From: Vicinamibacterales bacterium
GTDB lineage: Bacteria > Acidobacteriota > Vicinamibacteria > Vicinamibacterales > UBA8438
NCBI GenBank assembly: GCA_965247955.1
Contig: OZ252042.1
Coordinates: 608,802-672,801 of the forward strand
Length of the DNA stretch: 64,000 nucleotides
Direction: 5' to 3'
Notes under the pieces: model-generated
The model's database searches: none
Told to the model about the DNA's origin: nothing
What the model saw: only the letters and a program-made list of their open reading frames with translations
Part shown: in pieces, positions 47,086 to 54,905 of the stretch
How positions within the stretch are numbered: position 1 is the stretch's first letter
Layout of the letters: the number at the start of each line of letters is the position of its first letter
Program-made: the position numbers and the translations under genes

Positions 47086-47198
47086 TCACTTACCGGCGCA
47101 AGCCCCAGTTGCTCGTCCCTGAGCCGGCTTGGCAGGAAAATCAAGGAACCTAAAGTCGTTCGCTGACGAGGGCTTAGTCCACCGACATCGTATAATCG

Positions 47199-48719
47199 AT
47201 GCATCTTATGAAGTGTGTGGCGGTCTGTCAGGATGAGTTCGTTGTCAAGGCACTACATCGTGCGCTTGCTCCGAATCTCGACTTAGAGTTCATTGTTGAG
47301 AGTCGACCCCTTGCACGCCGTCTCCATGACATCGGAGTCGAAGCCAGCATCGCCAATCCACGCCGTGTGGATTGTTACCTCAATGCTGACGTCACGCCGG
47401 CTACTTGTCTCATCATCGAGGATAATGGCAAGCGGAGTTTGAGGCAGATCCTTCGTGCTGTCAGTGACGCCGGCGCTACCCTCGTGTATGTACTAGCGAT
47501 CGGCGAACGTGGCACATCAAAAGGAACAGAAGACTGGCAGAGCGAGTTTCCAGATTTCACGGTACTCAACCTTGGCGATCTGTTGCAAGGTGCGCTGCTT
47601 ACTGCGCTTGGACGATCTCTGACGCGGGCTCTGGTCCAGCAGTATCAGAGGCATCTAGCAGACGCGGACCGAATCCTCATCTTGCTTCACAATGACCCTG
47701 ACCCAGATGCGATGGCAAGCGGCCTCGCGTTGCGTAACCTTCTACATCGGACCAGAACTACGGCTATCATCGGCGCATTCCAGGGTGTCACCCGTCCGGA
47801 GAACCTGCGCATGGTGAATCTGCTAGATATCGGAGTCGAATCTGTTACGGCAGAATCATTGAATAGCTTCGACCGTATCGCTACTGTCGACGTCCAACCC
47901 CATTATTTTGGCAGCCTATTGAATCATGTCGACCTCGTCGTGGATCACCATCCTGAACAGACCTGGTATTCAACGGCCTTTAAAGACATTCGGGACGACT
48001 ACGGCTCCACCTCCACAATTCTTACCGAACACCTCCGTGCAGTGAACGTCAACATCTCCGAGCGTACGGCAACAGCGATGCTGTACGCGATCAAGTCAGA
48101 TACGCTCTTCTTGTCGCGTCAAACGAATCGGAATGATCTCGAGGCGTTCACCTTCCTCTATCCACTGGCTGACGCCGCGTTGGTGCGCAAGATGGAAGGA
48201 GTGGAGATCACTCTTGAGCGGCTTGAGTTCGTAGCGCGTGCCGTCCAGGCCGGAAACCTCAATAACCAGGTATTTATCACTCATGTCGGCACGTCGCCCA
48301 GGGAGGATCTAATCTCGTATGTCGCCGACTTCCTACTGCAACTAGAGGATGTCAAGTGGGCGATCGTCTCTGGACGCGTGAACGACTACCTGATCATCTC
48401 GGTACGTAACCTCGGGTACTTACGCAATGCGGCTGAGTTCGTCAAGCAGGTGTTTGGCGACATTGGGAGTGCCGGCGGACACCGTGCCATGGCCAAAGCA
48501 GTCGTCCCAGTGGCTGCCTTCCACAAGAAGTTCGGCAAGGTCGAGGATGAACGCGTCGCCAGACTACTCAGTGATTTAGCCGCTCAGTTTCTGCGTGAAC
48601 CGTCTAGTTCCAACAAACGGCGCGATGCAGAAGAAAAGAGCGTGCGCCTCGTCTCAAGACGCGGGTCTGGACCGACCACGAGTCGTTCGTCATTCGGTCG
48701 CAAGATCAGCCTTAAATAG
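47199..48719 (+). CDS. DHH/DHHA1-family phosphoesterase with an extra ~150-aa N-terminal domain and a basic C-terminal tail
   Basis: HNDPDPDAMAS, VVDHHP (DHH) and GGHRAMAKA (DHHA1 GGGH-like) motifs are present. The N-terminal domain looks Rossmann/TrkA-N-like but has no GxGxxG. Confidence 0.8.
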   Translation: MHLMKCVAVCQDEFVVKALHRALAPNLDLEFIVESRPLARRLHDIGVEASIANPRRVDCYLNADVTPATCLIIEDNGKRSLRQILRAVSDAGATLVYVLAIGERGTSKGTEDWQSEFPDFTVLNLGDLLQGALLTALGRSLTRALVQQYQRHLADADRILILLHNDPDPDAMASGLALRNLLHRTRTTAIIGAFQGVTRPENLRMVNLLDIGVESVTAESLNSFDRIATVDVQPHYFGSLLNHVDLVVDHHPEQTWYSTAFKDIRDDYGSTSTILTEHLRAVNVNISERTATAMLYAIKSDTLFLSRQTNRNDLEAFTFLYPLADAALVRKMEGVEITLERLEFVARAVQAGNLNNQVFITHVGTSPREDLISYVADFLLQLEDVKWAIVSGRVNDYLIISVRNLGYLRNAAEFVKQVFGDIGSAGGHRAMAKAVVPVAAFHKKFGKVEDERVARLLSDLAAQFLREPSSSNKRRDAEEKSVRLVSRRGSGPTTSRSSFGRKISLK

Positions 48720-48740
48720 AGTAGGCTCGGCAGGGAACAA

Positions 48741-50054
48741 CTAGGACAGCTCACCACTGGCGCCCACCACTCCATCGACAAACTGCCGAAACCCATCCTC
48801 ATAACCCCGATCGACCAACTCCGCGAGCGACTGCCGGCGGTCCGATCGTTCGTCGTAACATCCGCCGAAATCGAAAGGGCCTAGAGGATTGTGCGTGGGT
48901 CGGATGTGAAAAATCGCCTGGAATAGTGCGTCGTTCGAGCGAACGGCATCGCGGAGTGCCGCCGTTTCAATTGCAGTAACATTCTCCCCGGCACGGCCCA
49001 AAGCGTCGCGCCGGCCGGCGCTCAATCTATGGGGCCCAACCGGCTCAGGAAGAGCCGATACCAATACTATTTGTTCTACACCCGCGGTCGCGACTTCCTC
49101 AAAAAGGCGGGCGGTCGCATCTGGACGATCGCAAAGCCGGTGAGTTTCACCGCGCCACGGGCTGTCTGGTGCAAAGGAAACCAGGTGCGGCTCAGTCACC
49201 ACCGGGATGGATAACGCGGCCGCCATGGCATCAATAGCGTACTGCCGTTCGGTGCCGGCAAGATCCATCGTCTCCAGATGGCGACTGCTCCCTTCCGACC
49301 CAACGCGCCGGAGGAAGAACGTCTGCCGATTAGGCTCCGCCAATAGCGCGAACACCAGATCACGTCGAGCGTCCACGTCGTGGGCGACGAGGATCAACTC
49401 GCGAAAGCCGGGTTGTCCGATATTATCGGCCAATAACTCTGCGTATCGTTCGCTGAGATCGTCATCCTTGGGCCTTGCGACCCTTGCCGCCCCGCGCATC
49501 ATCTGCCAAAGACCACCTTTGAACCATTCACGCACGCGTGTGACGTTCAACGGCACACCAAGAAAACTCCACCAGAAGGCCCCCCTCGCTCGCCGGCGCG
49601 CGCGTGCTTGGAAGAATCCCCACATCGTGCCCGTAAACAAAATAACCAGCAAGGCCAATAGGATAATCACTATGCCACGCGGTAGTAATACCGGAAGCAC
49701 GGTCGGCTGAAAGACGAAGTCTACTAATCGTCCATAGCCAGCCGCCACGGTATCGCCGGTCTCAAACCCGATCACTCTCAACACGAACGCGACCGGATAA
49801 GCGACAACCGCACCGACCAGAACCACCAGTGGCAGCATTAATGCCGCTAGGGATGCCCCCAGAGTCCAGATGGCCGCACGGAGTGTTGTGCGCCACTGAT
49901 AGAGTCGGGTAGCACCGTTCGAGCGCCACATCCCGGTAGACTCCCACAAATGGGCACCGCCATCTACCGCGGCTAAGACCGCTCCAATCCCACCGATACC
50001 ACGGCCAGCCACGATGTCTATCTTGACTCCAGCCTCATGCAGGGCATGAAGCAC
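48741..50054 (-). CDS. patatin-like domain membrane protein, catalytic residues degenerate, 5' end unresolved
   Basis: The patatin N-terminal pattern is recognisable, but GxSxG reads GRGIGG. The glycine-rich loop (ALILTGTGTAGAYHAG) lies upstream of the first canonical start, in a frame open to 50204. Central TM helices are present. Confidence 0.6.
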   Translation of the reverse strand: MLHALHEAGVKIDIVAGRGIGGIGAVLAAVDGGAHLWESTGMWRSNGATRLYQWRTTLRAAIWTLGASLAALMLPLVVLVGAVVAYPVAFVLRVIGFETGDTVAAGYGRLVDFVFQPTVLPVLLPRGIVIILLALLVILFTGTMWGFFQARARRRARGAFWWSFLGVPLNVTRVREWFKGGLWQMMRGAARVARPKDDDLSERYAELLADNIGQPGFRELILVAHDVDARRDLVFALLAEPNRQTFFLRRVGSEGSSRHLETMDLAGTERQYAIDAMAAALSIPVVTEPHLVSFAPDSPWRGETHRLCDRPDATARLFEEVATAGVEQIVLVSALPEPVGPHRLSAGRRDALGRAGENVTAIETAALRDAVRSNDALFQAIFHIRPTHNPLGPFDFGGCYDERSDRRQSLAELVDRGYEDGFRQFVDGVVGASGELS

Positions 50055-50184
50055 TCCGGCATGATAAGCGCCGGCCGTACCAGTACCGGTTAAGATGAGA
50101 GCCGTCCTCAGATGGGGGGAATACCGCGGCGGGGAGGATGCAGGAACGGACGTGATGGACCTGTACTCGGCAGCTCGTGGACTG

Positions 50185-50649
50185 CTATGTATCGTGAATC
50201 GTGATCAACTTGACGACCTCGAACTCGCGAACACCACCTGGCGTCGGCACAGTCACTTCGTCGCCAACTTTCTTACTGACAATGGCTCGACCAATTGGTG
50301 ATGCCGTCGATATCCAGCCACGCGACGGGTCCGCGTCCTCGGCCATTACCAGCTGGTAGACCACCGTATGTCCTTCAGTTTGACGGAGATGCACAGTCGA
50401 CCCGAATGCGACACGATCACGCGGTAGCTTATCAAAATTCGTCAGCGCAATCTCTGATGCCCGTTTCATAAGTATGCTGATTCGAGCCTCGACAAACCGC
50501 TGACGTTCCTTCGCCGCCTGATACTCAGCGTTCTCTCTGAGATCCCCGTGCTCACGCGCAATCTTGATCTCCTGCGGAAGATCGTGCTTCAGCTCACGCT
50601 CGAGTTCTTGGATCTCATCCTCGAAACGTTTCAGAAATTTAGACTTCAT
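50185..50649 (-). CDS. greA: transcription elongation factor GreA
   Basis: REHGDLRENAEYQAAKERQ and the C-terminal domain ISTASPIGRAIVSKKVGDEV are present. The ATG at 50649 is the preferred start. Confidence 0.95.
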   Translation of the reverse strand: MKSKFLKRFEDEIQELERELKHDLPQEIKIAREHGDLRENAEYQAAKERQRFVEARISILMKRASEIALTNFDKLPRDRVAFGSTVHLRQTEGHTVVYQLVMAEDADPSRGWISTASPIGRAIVSKKVGDEVTVPTPGGVREFEVVKLITIHDT

Positions 50650-50702
50650 CCTAACGACAAACCACACTAGGCTAGCACATCTGATATGCTCACGCGTTCC
50701 GC

Positions 50703-51512
50703 GTGAAAACGATTACAAGCCGCCAAAACTCACTCGTCGCACGCTTTCGACTAGCCGCACGCGAGCGCCGTATGTCACGCCGTCATGTGCTACTTGAAGG
50801 AGCACGCTTGATCGAAGACGCGTGTTCGGCTGGCATGCTGATCGAAACGGCCATGTTCGCTGCGTCTGGTCTCAGGAGAAGCGATCCGGCGCTCAGACAC
50901 CTGGCAACGGCGCTGTCCGTGGCCGAGACGGAAGTGGTTGCTGCGTCAGATTCAGTCATGGCAGCCGCAAGCCCATTACGTACACCGTCCGGTGTTGTGG
51001 CAATTGGGCGTCACTGCCCAGCCAATCTGACCAGCGTATTCTGCCGCGTTCCTTGCATCGTGACTGTCGTTGGCGTCCAGGATCCAGGGAACGTCGGCGC
51101 CATTATCCGCACTGCTGACGCGGCAGGTGCAACCGGCGTAGCGGTCACCACCACCTCCGCCGATCCATTCGGCTGGAAGGCACTGCGGGGAGCGATGGGC
51201 AGCACATTCCGCATTCCGGTTATCGATGAAGACAAGCCCAACCTTATTATCGACACCGCACGCGGTCGTGATATCGCCGTGCTAGCAGCTATACCCCGTG
51301 GCGGGCGTTCGCTTTATGACATCGATCTTACTCGGCCCATCCTCGTGCTGATCGGCGGCGAGGCTGCAGGGCTAGAAGCCGAGATTACCGACGCTGCACA
51401 TGAAACGGTGTCCGTGCCGATGCAACAATCAGTAGACTCACTCAACACTGCGGTCGCCACCGCTTTGATTGTGTATGAGGTTAGACGCCAGCGTCTAATG
51501 TCTCAGCGCTGA
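50703..51512 (+). CDS. TrmH/SpoU-family RNA 2'-O-methyltransferase (RlmB-like)
   Basis: The SpoU motifs DPGNVGAIIRTADAAG, LIGGEAAGL and SLNTAVATALIVYE are present. Confidence 0.85.
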   Translation: MKTITSRQNSLVARFRLAARERRMSRRHVLLEGARLIEDACSAGMLIETAMFAASGLRRSDPALRHLATALSVAETEVVAASDSVMAAASPLRTPSGVVAIGRHCPANLTSVFCRVPCIVTVVGVQDPGNVGAIIRTADAAGATGVAVTTTSADPFGWKALRGAMGSTFRIPVIDEDKPNLIIDTARGRDIAVLAAIPRGGRSLYDIDLTRPILVLIGGEAAGLEAEITDAAHETVSVPMQQSVDSLNTAVATALIVYEVRRQRLMSQR

Positions 51513-51532
51513 CAGTTCAAGTAAAACTACGT

Positions 51533-52894
51533 ATGCCGATGAAATTAGGTCAGCTGTTCGACCCTGACGAATCTGAGCACCAGACAGTCCCCGCACCACT
51601 AGCCGACCGTATGCGGCCCAGAACGTTTGACGAGTTCGTCGGTCAACGCGAGATATTAGCCACAGGACACCCGTTGCGTGAGGCGATCGAACGTGACGCA
51701 CTGCAATCAATTATCCTCTGGGGCCCACCAGGCACCGGCAAGACAACACTGGCACATCTCATCGCAACTTCTACGCAGGCGCATTTCATCGCATTTAGCG
51801 CCGTCCTGTCTGGCATTAAGGAAATCCGTGCAGTCATGGCCGAAGCCCAGGAGGCGCGTCATCACCTAGGCCGGCGAACTATTCTATTTGTCGACGAAAT
51901 CCATCGATTCAACAAGGCTCAACAAGACGCGTTTTTGCCGCGCGTCGAAAAGGGTGACATTGTTCTCATTGGAGCGACGACAGAGAATCCTTCGTTTGAA
52001 GTCAATGCCGCCCTGCTGTCCCGCTCGAAGGTTTTCGTCCTGCACCCATTGAGCGGTGAGGAGATCATCAGCATTCTTCGACGGGCATTGACCGATCCTG
52101 ACCGTGGTCTGGGAACACAAGAGCTCGCCGTGACTGACGACGCACTCGGGGCCATAGCGCGGCACGGAAACGGCGACGCACGCGTGGCACTCAATCTCCT
52201 GGAGCTGTCGGCCACTATTGCGGCGAGGGATGAGACCAAGACACCCTCAAAGATCGACCTCGATCTCTTGAAGAAGGCGGTTCAAAAGCGAACCCTTCTG
52301 TACGACAAGACTGGTGAAGAACATTTCAACCTAATCTCTGCGCTGCACAAGTCGATGCGAAACAGCGACCCTGACGCATCGGTTTACTGGCTGGCCCGTA
52401 TGCTCGAAGCGGGTGAAGACCCACTCTACATCGCAAGGCGGCTCGTCCGATTCGCCTCTGAGGATATCGGCAACGCGGACCCACGCGCGCTCACACTGAC
52501 TGTCGCGGCCAAGGACGCAGTTCATTTCATCGGGATGCCGGAGGGCAACACCGCACTCGCCCAAGTGGCCATTTACCTGGCAATTGCGCCTAAGAGCAAC
52601 GCCGTTTACAGGGCCTACGGTCGGGCCGTCGCTGATGCCCATGAGGCAATCGCCGAACCGGTACCGTTACATCTGCGGAACGCTCCAACCCACCTAATGA
52701 AAGACCTTGACTATGGCAAGGGCTACCGTTACGCCCACAACCAGCCGGACGCGGTCACCAACATGGAGTGCCTACCGCCTAGTCTGTCTGGCCGACGCTA
52801 CTATCAGCCGACCGACCGTGGACTGGAAAAGGAACTTGGTCAGCGCATCGTCGAATGGCGCGCGAAGCGCACTAAAGTCTCCTCGTCGCACTGA
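51533..52894 (+). CDS. rarA: replication-associated recombination protein A (AAA+ ATPase)
   Basis: LWGPPGTGKTTLA, FVDEIHRFNK, the MgsA C-terminal motifs (SALHKSMRNSDPDASVYWLARML) and YAHN are present. Confidence 0.95.
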   Translation: MPMKLGQLFDPDESEHQTVPAPLADRMRPRTFDEFVGQREILATGHPLREAIERDALQSIILWGPPGTGKTTLAHLIATSTQAHFIAFSAVLSGIKEIRAVMAEAQEARHHLGRRTILFVDEIHRFNKAQQDAFLPRVEKGDIVLIGATTENPSFEVNAALLSRSKVFVLHPLSGEEIISILRRALTDPDRGLGTQELAVTDDALGAIARHGNGDARVALNLLELSATIAARDETKTPSKIDLDLLKKAVQKRTLLYDKTGEEHFNLISALHKSMRNSDPDASVYWLARMLEAGEDPLYIARRLVRFASEDIGNADPRALTLTVAAKDAVHFIGMPEGNTALAQVAIYLAIAPKSNAVYRAYGRAVADAHEAIAEPVPLHLRNAPTHLMKDLDYGKGYRYAHNQPDAVTNMECLPPSLSGRRYYQPTDRGLEKELGQRIVEWRAKRTKVSSSH

Positions 52895-52902
52895 ATCAAC
52901 TC

Positions 52903-53079
52903 ATGCCAGGTGCTATCTATTACATCGGACGCTTCCTACAGCTCCTCGGTATGTCGTTCTTACTGATGGCGATCGTCCAAGCAGGTCCCCTTGGACCCAG
53001 TCCACGAACCTTCGGCATCGGGATCGGCGTGTTCGTTGCCGGGTGGCTTACTCTCAGAAACCGTATCGGTAAGTCGTAG
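52903..53079 (+). CDS. small two-TM membrane protein (58 aa)
   Basis: It is not in the track because it is under 60 aa. The translation is MPGAIYYIGRFLQLLGMSFLLMAIVQAGPLGPSPRTFGIGIGVFVAGWLTLRNRIGKS. It starts 8 nt after the rarA stop. Confidence 0.35.
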   Translation: MPGAIYYIGRFLQLLGMSFLLMAIVQAGPLGPSPRTFGIGIGVFVAGWLTLRNRIGKS

Positions 53080-53123
53080 AATTTGACCGAAGCGATCTAC
53101 TACATCCGGTGGAAAGACCAGTC

Positions 53124-54905
53124 CTAGATACGATCGAATTGTTTTTCAATCTCGTGACGAGTCAACCGTAACTCGACCGGTCGTCCATGGGGACAGACTG
53201 TGGAATAGCTGGTAAGTCGAAGTGCGTTTAATATGTAGGTCATCTTTTCGAACGTCAGATGATCATTTGCCTTAACGGCCGCATGACATGCGGTCGTTGC
53301 TGCGATTCGTCTGAGTGCCTCATCGACGTCACTACCGTGATCCAGCCCCTCGAGATCTGCGGCCAAAGCGCGGACCGCTCCCTCGCTCCCCTTTCGGTCG
53401 AGCAATCCTGGAACAGCTGCAACACGTACGCTGCTTCCCCCAAACGTTTCGACATCGAACCCTAGACGATCCAGATCAGAGGCATGCGCGGCAATCGCGT
53501 CGCACTGTGCTGGTGGCAATTCGATTAGGATGGATTCGAGCAGTCGTTGGCTCTCCAGTCGTTCGTTCGACAATCCTGCCATGACCTGTTCGAAGAGCAC
53601 TCGTTCGTGAGCGACATGTTGGTCAACAATAACGACTCCGTTGTCATCAACAGCGATGATAAAGGTGTCACGAAACTGGCCGAGTGGAATGAGCAACCGC
53701 TCAGTGTTGTCGACCGAGAGGCCGTCGGTGATCACCGTCGCTCCCTCATGAATCTGTGACGCTGGAACATTCCTGCCAAGTGGCGAACGTTTAAAGATCT
53801 CAGTCGCTGGCTGCCAGCGGCTCGCGGCCGAGATCCCGGCTACAACGCCAGGAATCACTTGTGGCGTCGGCTTCGGTTCCTTAGATGTTTCGGATGGCAA
53901 TTCGAATGCGGGGGGAAGTCCAGTCCCGATGGCATCACCCAACGCGCGGCGCAGCACCTCGTGAATTAAGGACTGCTCAAGAAATCGCACTTCGGCCTTC
54001 ATCGGGTGAACGTTAACGTCAACCCTATCGGCTGGCACCTTAATGAAAAGATGTGCCTCTGGTCGGCGGACCTTAATTGTTGCTTGGCTGTACGCCTGGT
54101 TAATAGCATGTGCAATCGTTCGATCTTTAACCGCACGTCCGTTCACAAAGATGTTCTGGGGACCCCTTGCCGGCCCATGGTCAACGAGTGCCGCTACATA
54201 ACCGCGCACCTGGATACCGGCCGCGTCTTTCCGAATCTGAACCAGATCGGACCGCTCGCCATATAGTTGAAAGAAACGCTTGGCAAGTTCCGACACGGGC
54301 TGACACTGCAACAAGCGACGATTTCCGCTCGTCAGAATGAACCCAATCTCTGGATGCGCAAGAGCTAACTGCGTCAGCGCCCTCGAGACCTGGGACGATT
54401 CAGCGCCATCAGATTTCAGAAATTTGCGTCTCGCAGGCACGTTGTAAAAGAGGTCGGTCACCTCAACGACCGTGCCTTCCGGCATCCCGACCTCTCTAAT
54501 CAAGGTAGTGACACATCCGTCCACATGAATTTCCGTGCCGCTGGATGAGTCGCGGGCTCTTGTTCGAATCGTCAGATGTGATACCGATGCGATACTTGGC
54601 AAAGCTTCACCGCGAAACCCAAGCGTTGAGATCGCTCTGAGATCCTCGAGCCGCTCCAGCTTACTAGTCGCGTGGCGTTCCAAGGCGAGAGCAGCATCGT
54701 CCGACGTCATGCCATCGCCGTCGTCCTCAACACGGATGAGTCGCTTTCCACCTAACTCGATGGCGACCACGATCCGCCTAGCACTGGCATCTAGTGCATT
54801 TTCGACGAGTTCCTTGACAGCCGAGGCTGGACGTTCAACCACCTCGCCCGCGGCAATCTGATTTGACAACTCGGTTGTAAGCCGACGGACTTTGCCCATG
54901 GGCAA
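53124..54905 (-). CDS. mutL: DNA mismatch repair protein MutL
   Basis: It has the GHKL ATPase N-terminus (IAAGEVVERPASAVKELVENALDA) and the C-terminal dimerisation/endonuclease region. The start is the TTG at 54905 or the ATG at 54899. Confidence 0.95.
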   Translation of the reverse strand: MPMGKVRRLTTELSNQIAAGEVVERPASAVKELVENALDASARRIVVAIELGGKRLIRVEDDGDGMTSDDAALALERHATSKLERLEDLRAISTLGFRGEALPSIASVSHLTIRTRARDSSSGTEIHVDGCVTTLIREVGMPEGTVVEVTDLFYNVPARRKFLKSDGAESSQVSRALTQLALAHPEIGFILTSGNRRLLQCQPVSELAKRFFQLYGERSDLVQIRKDAAGIQVRGYVAALVDHGPARGPQNIFVNGRAVKDRTIAHAINQAYSQATIKVRRPEAHLFIKVPADRVDVNVHPMKAEVRFLEQSLIHEVLRRALGDAIGTGLPPAFELPSETSKEPKPTPQVIPGVVAGISAASRWQPATEIFKRSPLGRNVPASQIHEGATVITDGLSVDNTERLLIPLGQFRDTFIIAVDDNGVVIVDQHVAHERVLFEQVMAGLSNERLESQRLLESILIELPPAQCDAIAAHASDLDRLGFDVETFGGSSVRVAAVPGLLDRKGSEGAVRALAADLEGLDHGSDVDEALRRIAATTACHAAVKANDHLTFEKMTYILNALRLTSYSTVCPHGRPVELRLTRHEIEKQFDRI

